Below, in pieces: positions 53,596 through 63,329 of a DNA stretch of 64,000 nt. The notes under the pieces are model-generated. The model was not told where the DNA came from, made no database searches, and worked only from the letters and a program-made list of their open reading frames with translations. The stretch is from positions 62,001-126,000 of the forward strand of contig MU054037.1 in assembly GCA_013239625.1 (NCBI GenBank), written 5' to 3'. Position numbers and translations under genes: made by a program. The number at the start of each line of letters is the position of its first letter. Position 1 is the first letter of the stretch. This DNA is from Lama guanicoe (Eukaryota).

Positions 53596-54483
53596 TTAAA
53601 TGGATGGAGTCAGTTCAGAGATAAGAGATCCAAATAATAGGTCACTGAAGAAGAAAAGCAAATGAACAAAGCAGGAATAAATTAAAGTTATGACAAGAGA
53701 AATCTTTCTTACTCCTAAAGAGGTCCTGAATTTGGAAATCAAAAGGGTTTACCATACATATTATAAGCAAATCTGTGAAAGGAAGTCTATATTCAGTTGT
53801 CTTACAGTGAAAATTATGTCAGGAATAGAGACCTGAAAAGTTCAAGCTGAAAAACAGTTGTCCTCAAACTTCCTTACAGCATCAAACTTCTCAAAATAAT
53901 GGAGGAATATCTCCAATTACTTGAAGGGGATAAGATATCTATATTCAGACAAGTTGTCATGCTCTTACCACACAGATGCCCCTTCTAAAAAATGACATTG
54001 GTATGCCTACCAGATCATTATGAAAGGAACCAAAATTAAGAACTCAAGAATGGGGAAAGACATAATGAGAAAAGAACTGTATTAAAGTCAAATTTATGCT
54101 AATGGCTACAGGGTTTCTTTTCGTGCTGTTAAAATATTCTAAAATTGACTGTGGTGATGGTTGCACAATTCTGTGAATATACTAAGAAAAACAATGAACT
54201 GTACACTTTATGGTATGTGAATTATATCTCAAAATAATAAGATCAACAACTATGGGTTTGAATGTCAACCTCAACACTTACTGAGAGACTTTGAGTAAAT
54301 CACTAAACCACTCACTCATTCCTTAGTTTCTCATTAGTAAGAGACAGTATCACTTCAAAAAGTTGTTTGAGAATTGAGTTAACATCTGTAAGGTAATTAG
54401 AACAGCATGTGGACCAATACACACTATAAACCTGCAGGTTAACGAACTAAGCCACTACCTCTCCCATGTATTAAAAACATACT

Positions 54484-54925
54484 GTATTGGTTTCCTATGG
54501 CTGCCATAACAAATTACCACAAATCCACTGGCTTAATACAACACACTTACTCTTACAGTTCTCAAGGGCCAATGTCTGAAATTAGTTCCAGTGGACTGAA
54601 ATCAAGGTATAGGCAGGGCCACTCTTCCTTTTTCAGCTTCTTGATGGCATTCTATGCATTCCTTGGCTTGTGGACCCCTCCTTCATATTCAAAGCACAGC
54701 ACCTGCTACAGTGGTTACATTGCCTTCTTTTGTGTCAAATCCCCCTCTTCCTCCCTCTTATAAGGACATCAATGATTGTTCTTATGGCCCACCTGGATAA
54801 TCCAGGATAATCTCTCCAGTTTAAATTCCTTAATTTAATCACATCTGCAAAGACTCTTTTTCCACATAAAGTAACAGTCATAAATTCTAAGGATTAGGAG
54901 CTGTAATCTTTGTAGCCTACCACAG
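54484..54925 (-). mobile_element. MLT1 (MaLR) LTR
   Basis: Hallmark tgtattggtttcctatggctgccataacaaattaccac...taatccaggataatctc. Confidence 0.85.
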
Positions 54926-55389
54926 TTACTATATCAACCAAAAAAGAAGAAAAACGAAATAAATCTGTGAAAAAGCCCTTATGATTATTTCTAAACTCAC
55001 CAAAATTAAGCAAGAAAAAGAAGACATTAAGCAAAAGATGGTATCAAGAACATTTTACACAGTTTAAATTAGAAAATATGAGTACTGCACTATTACTTTC
55101 TATTTACCAACTCTTGTCCACTGGAAACTTTTTGGGTAGTCCTCACCCTCCCTTTTTCAGTGCAATGCCTAAAAAATTATTTTGCTGATGACACACTGAT
55201 TCAGATGTCTTTTTGTGCATGTGCCTGAGTCTTTATCCAATTGAGTACTCCTGTTCCAATTTTATAGTTCAGAGATTCTGAACCCTGCCTCCTAAATCCT
55301 ACCAACCACACCCACCTCCTGGCTCTGCCATGGGCACTGGGGCCTGCCATGATTCCTTGGGAGGGACAGACTTGGTAATTTTCACTTAC

Positions 55390-55558
55390 ACCATACTTCG
55401 ATACTTTCTAAAGTTATGTAGCCATACAAGGCTCAGCTGCCTAAGACGTTAACTTTATCTCTTCTTTCTTCTTCCTTAAGACTTTATTGAATTACTTCTT
55501 CTTTGCATCTACTTTACTTCCTATTATAGTCCCAACTCTCTATCACCCCTACCCTTTT
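55390..55558 (-). pseudogene. Nested relic exon e (169 nt, phase 0-1)
   Basis: Boundaries ttttattgtgttttattag| and GGT|gtaagt. Purine-rich; reads KRVGVIESWDYNRK*SRCKEEVIQ*SLKEEERRDKVNVLGS*ALYGYITLESIEVW. Confidence 0.6.
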
Positions 55559-55775
55559 CTAATAAAACACAATAAAAATGATTCACAACTCATTCTTTTT
55601 CCTGGAATGAAAATTCTCATAGGTAACAATACAGGTATACAAAAGTAAATGCAGATATACTATAATTTCACATAGGAGAAAATTATGGTTGAGGAGGAAT
55701 TACCACATAATTGAAATGACTGGACAGATTTATAAATATCAATTTTATATCTTAAAAAATAGAATACATCTTATT

Positions 55776-56204
55776 TGTTGTTTTGGGGGGTTTTTTTGTT
55801 TTTTTATGTGGGATTATTTAATCTTGATGGATAATCTTTGAAGACTCTGAGAGACATAGGACATAGTCAATCATACTATTTTCTAGATTATAGATTAAAT
55901 ATAATACAGATTTTTAAAAAACTAAAGACATGTAAACTTAAAAGTCTTTCTATTAAAAAAAATTTGAGAATGTTTCTAACCTGATTGTTCTTAGAGCTTA
56001 GAAAGGAAATGTGTTGATACAATCAAAGGACAGTAAACAAATAAATCATCAGAAACCAAGAAATGTCTGTCTATCTCTCCATTTTCTCCTTTTTTTTCAT
56101 TTTCATATTTTGTTTCATTATAGGTTACTATAAGATATTGAATATAGTTCCCTGTGCTATACAGCATAAACTTACTGTTTATCTATTTTATATATAGTGG
56201 TTAG
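55776..56204 (-). mobile_element. Retrotransposed insert: L1 3'UTR piece, unique sequence and decayed poly(A), inside an old L1ME
   Basis: 23-bp TSD at 55753-55775 and 56205-56227 with 2 mismatches. Confidence 0.8.
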
Positions 56205-57303
56205 TAAAAAACAGAATACACCTTATTCACAAGTGTCCACAAATTTATAAAAATTCACTACATGTTTAAGTACAAAGACACCTCAGAAATTATAAAGCCA
56301 TATTCTCTAATCATTGTAAAATAAAATGAAAACTTAATTAACATTAATTATTTTTTAAAATGACAATCACTTGGAACATTAAAAAAATTATTAGCCTGAT
56401 TTAAAGAGATAATAAATGCAATATCAAACTTTTTTGAAAATATAACACCACAGATAAAAATGTATTGGATCTATTCATAGCTGTAAATCTCTGTATAAAA
56501 AACACTAAGAGAAGATTTCAGAAAAACTGTTGCAAATATAGCAGAAAAATATGAATATCTTTACTTTATCAAGAGCTCACATAAATTAATTTAAAACATA
56601 AAAGCCAAATAAGTAATAAACAGACAATGGATGTAAAGAGACTATACAAAAGAAGAAGCACATTATGTGAAAAATGTCAAATTCACTGGCAATTAAACAA
56701 ATGCAAACTAAAACAACATAAAAGTGGACAAGATTATTAAAAAAAAAAATCACCTAAGCCGTCAAGGATACAGCAAAATAGTAACTGCTTGTGGGAGCAT
56801 GAAGGGCCCACTCTTGGGAAAGTAACTTGGCAATAGTAATCAAGAACTTTAAAAAACAGTTACAAGTTTTAATCCAGTAATTCTACTTCTGGGACTCTGT
56901 CCTCATGCAACCCTACGTATGTAAAAACTTCATGCACAAAGATGTTTATTGTAAATGGAAACAACCTAAATGAGTAATAACAGGGAAACTGTTAAATAAA
57001 TTATGTGACTATAAAAATTATGCTAAGAGTATGCTGTAAGATGGAAATTCTTGCTTCACTGCTACACTAAAAGTCAGGCTTTAAAATTGTGTATGTATAT
57101 ACATATATATCACAATGTCACAATGCCATCTCATAATTTTTCAAAACCCTAGTCAAGTAAGTGCTAAAAGAGAGAAACAGCCCAGGCATAGTAAAAGGAA
57201 CTGCAAGGAAATACACCAAAATACTGCCACAAGTGATTGTTTTTCTTTTTCCCTCTAATCTCATTTCATGTTTTCTTTAATGAATATGTGCCATATTACT
57301 TAC

Positions 57304-57432
57304 AACCTCATGGACATAAAGGAACTGTCCATTATCCTTCTTATGAACCAGAAGGAAACACCTCTTTAGGTAGGGTGGGTACCAGCATTGTTTCTGGGTG
57401 TCTAAAGTCATTTTGATATTCTAGCACAAAAA
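57304..57432 (-). pseudogene. Nested relic exon d (129 nt, or 117 nt from 57420; phase 0-0)
   Basis: Boundaries ctaac...ttccattctgcag| and GTT|gtaagt. NIKMTLDTQKQCWYPPYLKRCFLLVHKKDNGQFLYVHEV is open. Confidence 0.6.
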
Positions 57433-57592
57433 CTGCAGAATGGAAGTATGTTAGGCAAACTCCTGCCTTTCTCTACTCCAACAACTTCTTTTTCCCTCAT
57501 TAATTCCCTCAATTTTCCAAACCTAAAGAAATCCCATTGGTCCTTGCTGCATTCACTTTCCTCCTTCGCATCTGGGATCATTCCCACCTTAC

Positions 57593-57772
57593 TTCTGCAG
57601 TGCAGACAATGCCCCAGGCACACTGCTGCCAGTCTGAGTCCTGAAACCTTGCTAGCTGCAGCTCCCTGGCACTCCAAACACTCAGCAAAGGGTTCTGGGG
57701 CAGCCAAATGCACTGCTCCAGTAATTCTCAGGTTGGAGGCAGGGAATGAAAGCAGCTTAGGGACTCTTGGAG
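57593..57772 (-). pseudogene. Nested relic exon c (180 nt, phase 0-0)
   Basis: Acceptor ccttttctctgtGG (AG lost), donor GAA|gtaagg. Reads LQESLSCFHSLPPT*ELLEQCIWLPQNPLLSVWSARELQLARFQDSDWQQCAWGIVCTAE. Confidence 0.55.
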
Positions 57773-58231
57773 CCACAGAGAAAAGGTGGGAGATGTTTAG
57801 GAAATCTGACACAGGACCTTTTTGGAAGTAATAATAGTGTGCAACAAAGATTTAGATGTATGGCAAATTCCGGGACATATGTTTACTGAATGAACAAATG
57901 AATTGGGTTTCCCATCATTCTGCAGTGACACAGCTGATCAGCAGCTATATGGATCTAAAATTCCCCTCCTTGCCTATTACTAGCTGAGTGATCTTGGCCA
58001 AGTAACTTCCCTCCACAGCTGAACCTATATCACAGAGTTTTTTTTGGTGAAGGTTACATGAGACAATGCATATAAAAATTACAGTGCCTGGTACATAATA
58101 AATAATCAATGTTAGCTATGATTATTAGCACTTTAGAATCTGGCTTCAGAGTCAGTTGTATATATATCCGCCTTCCTCACTAGACTGTGAGCAAACTGTT
58201 TATATTACACACATCTGGCGTAGGGACTTAC

Positions 58232-58740
58232 AAATGGAAGACACACAATAATATTTGTCAAATGGATTTGAGGGTATGCCAGGGAGATGGAAGGGAGAGT
58301 GCTGGAAACCAATTTAATGTACATTATGATTTTATCCATGGCCAACCTCTGTGGTGCTTGTTTTTCTTCTGTTACCAGAGTACACTGTCTCAGACTATGA
58401 GGTTGGCTGCTATAAAATGGGGCTGGTGGAACACTATTTCTGGAACCAGATGTTCTGTTCAGAGATTGTGAGGTTGTGCTTTGAGGCACCTAAAATCTCC
58501 AGTTTGGTCCAGTAGTGGGAACAGAAGTTCAGTCAGAGCTGGACTGGCCAAACTGGGTGTCCCCAAGCATGGGGTCACATCAGCTCTGAAGATGACCCAC
58601 TTAGAAAAGATGCATTCTCTTTTTCAGTGTGTTCACCTAGAGGGATGTCTTTGTATATTGCACAAAACACCAGCAGGTCTCCACTGCAAACTCAAAGGTT
58701 CCCTTTTAAACTAGCCTCTTGACCCTTGGATGAACATTAA
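58232..58740 (-). pseudogene. Nested relic exon b (509 nt, phase 1-0)
   Basis: Boundaries aaatttttttttag| and TTT|gtaagt. Last 86 codons are open (ORF 58205..58489 frame: ...EKQAPQRLAMDKIIMYIKLVSSTLPSISLAYPQIHLTNIIVCLPF). The 5' half has 6 stops. Confidence 0.5.
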
Positions 58741-59963
58741 CTAAAAAAAAATTTAGCTTACTAAATATTTATTCAGTGCCCATTATGTGCTAAACACTGT
58801 GCTAGACACTGCATATCCAAAGGTGAATAAAGCAATTATAGTCAGGAGAAGGTTGGGAGGCGATGCAGAAGGCAGGAGTGTGGACAAGTATGACAAGTGC
58901 CACCTAAGTGTAAGTGGTGAAGTGTCGCAGAGACATCCAAGACAGGGCCTAATATAAGGCTCAAAGGGTTGGAGAAGGCTTAAAGGGAGGACTAACAACC
59001 AAGATGAGGTTTGAAGAAGTGACCATGACAGCTAACATTTATTGACCACTTACTATATGCATCAGGCCTGTTCTGAGAACCCTGCATGAATCCCACATTT
59101 AATCCTTACAACAACACTGTGAGGTAGATAATATTCTCTTCATTTTACAGATAAGAAAACTGAGGCTCACAGTTAGTAAATGGCGGAGCTTGGATTCAAA
59201 CATGGGCAGCTTGGTTCCAGACTACAGGCGAAGGAGAGGGTCAAACAGGGCTTCAAGGAAGAGGCAAGTGCTTTGCAACAGTCTAGAAGGGAAGAAAGAA
59301 GTTCCCCAAGTCCCTTAAGGAACTGAAAGTGACTGGGGGTAGGGACAGAAATTGAGAGATGACTGGGCTCAACCTACAGGTTAGAAGGAAAACCAGAGGC
59401 AGAGGATTTCTAGTCTACTCTGGACTTTCAAAAACCAGCTGTGTGATTCCTGTCACCTAACCCCTCCTGGCTTCAGTCTCTCCCTTTTGTAAAAGGCAAT
59501 AATAACAATACCTAGCTCTACCATAGAGAATGGCCATAAGCACCAAATGAGAAAAATGCATGTAAACTTGATGGCAAAGCAAAAATTCTTCCCCAGACTT
59601 GTAATTCCATTAGTATCATTTCCCGAGTGGCTTCAAAAATTTGCAAACCCAAATCAAGGGACAGTGGCAAGGGACTTTGAAGCAGAGCAAGAGGGTAGGA
59701 AATAGACCCACGGATCCTGTGTCCATCATCTCCATCCAAATCCACCACTTACTGTGTGATCCCAAGGCAAGTTACTCTCTCACTACCTCAGCTCCATCAT
59801 CTGGGAAATGGGGATGATAATGATAGCACTTACCTCATAAATTGGTGTACGGAATAAATAACACGTGTAATACGCTTAGAACAGCTCCCAGCACAGAGTA
59901 AAAACTTAGTAAAGTTAATAGCTATCATTACCATCATTATTAAGAAATCTGCTGGCTACTCAT

Positions 59964-60092
59964 CCCATTCCTCCACATTCTATGTGATAAAAACGTGTGG
60001 GGATATTAGAAGCTAGAGCAACCCTACACAACCACGCTGCTGCAGACATTCCTCCTGGCTCCCATGGGCTGGCAAGCAGCTGGCTCTCTGTC
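59964..60092 (-). pseudogene. Nested relic exon a (129 nt, phase 1-1)
   Basis: Strong acceptor cttttgggcattttctgccag|; donor apparently mutated (GG|ATGAGT). Reads QRASCLPAHGSQEECLQQRGCVGLL*LLISPHVFIT*NVEEW. Confidence 0.5.
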
Positions 60093-60860
60093 CTGGCAGA
60101 AAATGCCCAAAAGAGGTAAAAGACAGAGACTGCACACCATCTGTACAAACCAGGCTGCTCTCATACTTTTTAGACAAAATCTAAATATAGTCAGTCAGAT
60201 GTGCCTCACTTTTTTAAGATAAAACTATTCTTTTTCATACCTACACCCCTTCCTTCCCTCCCCCGATACACATACACGCTCCCCCACACCTCCCAAGAAA
60301 TTTTTAGTCTTTTGCAAGACACACTCTGGGGTACTGTTGTGACAGCCTCTTGCCACATTAACTTCTCTAATTCCAGGCAGAGAAGCCTTTGTTAATTTCA
60401 CAACAGGAAAGCACACAGGAAATTCAAGAACAAAGCAAATCTACACAAGGAGCCCAGTATCTTCAAGCAAATGCGCTGAGGTACTGACCCGAAGCAAGAC
60501 GACTCTGGACTATAAATCAGGCAGCTGCCTCCTAAACTGCAAGGGGACGGAAGAAATCTTTTGCCTCTAAAAAATCAGATCTCAATACCAATTGCTAATG
60601 AATATTCATGAGCCGCTCCAGTTTGCTCAAAAGCCACCCTCGACTCTAAACCCAGGGATCTGCTTCCTAAAAAGTTTCCCGAAGTTCTTTCTCTGCCTCC
60701 TCTCAGAAGGAGAGGGTGGGAAAGTGTATTTAGGGCATTTTGCCTCTGGCTCTTTCAAGTACTTGCTTTTGGTCTGGGCTTTTGGTTTTCTTTTTTCTTT
60801 TTTCTTGTTTTGGTTTTGTTTCGTTCTTAAGGATTCAGATCAAATCAATTTTGCTCTTAC

Positions 60861-60876
60861 CCCTTCTATCTTCCAT
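60861..60876 (-). CDS. ENTPD1: ENTPD1 (CD39) coding exon 1, MEDRR-G (phase 1)
   Basis: Minus strand reads ATT ATG GAA GAT AGA AGG G|GTAAGA, with good Kozak context and a canonical donor. It splices in frame to exon 2 to give [14 protein letters not shown], matching the artiodactyl CD39 N-terminus. The upstream GACCACAGCAAGCAGAGGCTG...GAAAACAAAAGCTGC resembles the CD39 5'UTR. Confidence 0.93.
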
Positions 60877-61260
60877 AATTGGCAGCTTTTGTTTTCTTCC
60901 TCTTTTGCTCTTTATTTTTCAGCCTCTGCTTGCTGTGGTCGGTCTTAGTGAGAGAGGTACTCAAGGAACAGAGATATAACAGACCCTCGGGCTCGTGGGA
61001 GGAGCTAAATTAGCCTGCCCCGTTTCGGAAGGAACCTCAAACCCTATGTCTTTTTCATTGACTGGAAAGGGCAGACTGGCTGAGGAGTCCAGCGGCTCAT
61101 TCCCCTAAAGCTTCCCCGGGTTGTAATTTTTTATATTCTTGAAGTAATAAATGTTCAATTATCTCTTTTCAGCTCTCTCCCTCTCCCTTTGTTACATAAA
61201 TCCATTTTCCCCCTTGATAAATGAGTCTTGGCTGCAAGCAAAAAAAAAAGCCTATTTACT
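60877..61260 (-). promoter_or_regulatory. ENTPD1: ENTPD1 5'UTR and proximal promoter
   Basis: Repeat-free and locally CpG-enriched, immediately upstream of the ATG exon. No clear TATA box. The TSS cannot be placed from sequence alone. Confidence 0.7.
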
Positions 61261-61299
61261 TTTTGCAATTTCGAAGCAAGGTAACAAGAAACTTGTTAC

Positions 61300-61403
61300 C
61301 TTGATACCCACTGGAAAAACTGTGGACGCAAGAACAGTTCTTCCCGCCCCTTAAAGCTGATCGCTTCTGGTCCCCTGATGAGCAATCCCTTTTCGAGGCT
61401 CAT
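61300..61403 (-). other. ENTPD1: Upstream alternative ENTPD1 exon homologue, frame-disrupted here
   Basis: Encodes GREELFL in one frame and SFSSGYQ in the next, ending CAAG|gtaaca. This resembles the human alternative N-terminus MGREELFLTFSFSSGFQE (recalled from memory). The 5' boundary is set at an upstream ATG and is uncertain. Confidence 0.7.
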
Positions 61404-62324
61404 TACACCAGAAGAGCAGCGAGGCACCCAAGCGAAGGCAGGACGCCGAGGTAGGAAAAATCGTGGTATTGGTCAGGAGGCAGGGTGGGACAGCAGAGGA
61501 GGCTGCTCGCCGGGAACAGCTGTCGAGCTGTACTGATGCACGTTGCCCATCTTACCCAAAGTTTGACCTCCCAGCTCTGAAGTCTTACAAGCAAGAACTG
61601 CCAACTCAAGCTTTGCCAAAATGACCCAAATAGAGATGAGAAACTGACCAAAACATTTTAAAACTGTGTATATGAAATTGTTTTGAAATCAGGACAAGAG
61701 CTAACCCTCTGAGAGGAAGGTAAGTCCTTGTGTCTCAAGGCTGCCTGCCTGGGAAGCTTCTCCCTTCACGAGGCTGTCACAAACCTTAGCACTTTAGGTT
61801 TGAAAGCGACCTCAAACATCTAGCCTAAGCAAGGATAGAGATGTGCTAAGCTACACGTTCATGTTCAAACAGAGAGCAGGGAGCTGGTCGCTCTTATTTG
61901 TTACCATGCTCTCCAGCACCTAATACAGTTTCTCCTACAAGTGTACACTCTCAGTAAATTTTTGATGAATGGTTGAGTTAATAAACAGCAGCATAGCAGA
62001 ACATAAATTTGATTTCATTGATTTCTAGTTCATGTTTTTTCTACATTATTTCTTCATCATGAGAATTTGTGCCTAAAGCCAATTAAACCATAAGACATTT
62101 TTCTTAGAATTATACCATAAGCCATTAAATTTGTAACCATTAAAGATTGTTTTTGTCTCTCTATAAAATATGTTCTCCATTATATTTTCAATCATAATTT
62201 AATAAGGGCAGGGGCTCAGTTTTTAGTTTCGGCATCTCTGTTATCTGCACAGTGCACAGTAGCATTGTATGTGCTTAATAAATTTGGTGCTTTAATAAAT
62301 CTAAGTCTGTACAAGACTCTCTGT

Positions 62325-62453
62325 TTTCTTTGGGGAGGATTAGGTTTATTTTATTTATTATTTATTTGTTTATTTTAATGGAGGTACTGAGGATTGAATT
62401 GAGGACCTCAAGCATGCTAAGCACACACTCTACCACTGAACTATACCCTCCCC
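62325..62453 (-). mobile_element. Vic-1-type SINE
   Basis: ggaggtactgaggattgaa...ctctaccactgaactataccctcccc, homologous to the other three copies. Confidence 0.85.
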
Positions 62454-63329
62454 ACTACAAAATTCTTTCTTTATTTTAATAAATGTTTCAGAGTTAGAGC
62501 ATTTGCCATTTCTAATAAAAACTAATTATACCAAATGAAAGTCCAGGGGTACTTCTCCAGGCCCAGTTTAGACTACATATCTAAAAAGAAATATTGGTTT
62601 GATATTTATCCTATTGTGATAAAATTGTTTTTAAGTGATATGATGAGATAATTGTAAAACTCAACAATTTTACAATGGGTTTATGACTATCTTGGCATCA
62701 TTGTTTTGGAGAAAATGAAAAAGAACCTGTCTACAGAACATCCTACGAACTACAGAATAGAAAACAGACCATCAAAGCTAGAAGGAGAAAAGAATGATCG
62801 AGGGGAAGATTCAGAATGGGTGAGGGGAAAAACAGACAAGCACCTGAACAGGTCAAGGAAAGCCTCACTCCAGAACATGACCTCACTGCTTCCACTGCTA
62901 ACACACTGGGCCAAGCCACATTATCACTCATTTGGTTTATTGTGATAGCCCTCTCACTGGTCTCCCAGATTCTGCTCTAAACCCTGTTCAGTCCATTCTC
63001 TAATTAGCACCCATAGTGATTCAGTTAAAACCATACCAGACAAAACATACCATTCTTCTTCTCAGAACCCTCCACTGGCTCCCATCTCACTCCAAGCATA
63101 ATTGAAGTCCTATCCATTGCCTACCAGTTCCTACCGGCTTGCTCCCCATCACCTCTCTGACTTTCTTTCCTACTGTTTTCCTCTCCATGCTACCTCTACT
63201 CTAGCCTCAGAGTCTTTGCACCTGCTGTTCCTTCAGCCTAGAATTCTATTCTCCCAAATATCCCTCTAGTTCTATGCTAAACTACTACCTTCTACTCCAG
63301 CACAAGATTGCAATCTCTAAATACTATTT

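Larger units (their letters stand above)
33551..60092 (-). pseudogene. Candidate decayed multi-exon gene (about 19 exons, about 3.7 kb, IQ-like motif) nested in ENTPD1 intron 1, same strand
   Basis: Series of repeat-free segments bounded by polypyrimidine-AG acceptors and GT donors, with repeats filling the gaps between them. Joined reading frames are protein-like but carry many stops. Homology not verified. Confidence 0.6.

Noticed and set aside
57408..57831. Overlapping 134-aa (-) and 127-aa (+) ORFs
   Set aside because: No recognisable protein. They overlap relic exon c in other frames and run through its splice sites.
58400..58636. LRR-cap-like reading (HPVWPVQL*LNFCSHYWTKLEIL) suggesting an LRRIQ3-like gene
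   Set aside because: It needs a weaker acceptor plus a frameshift. The stronger acceptor at 58740 joins without one, and no upstream LRRs were found.
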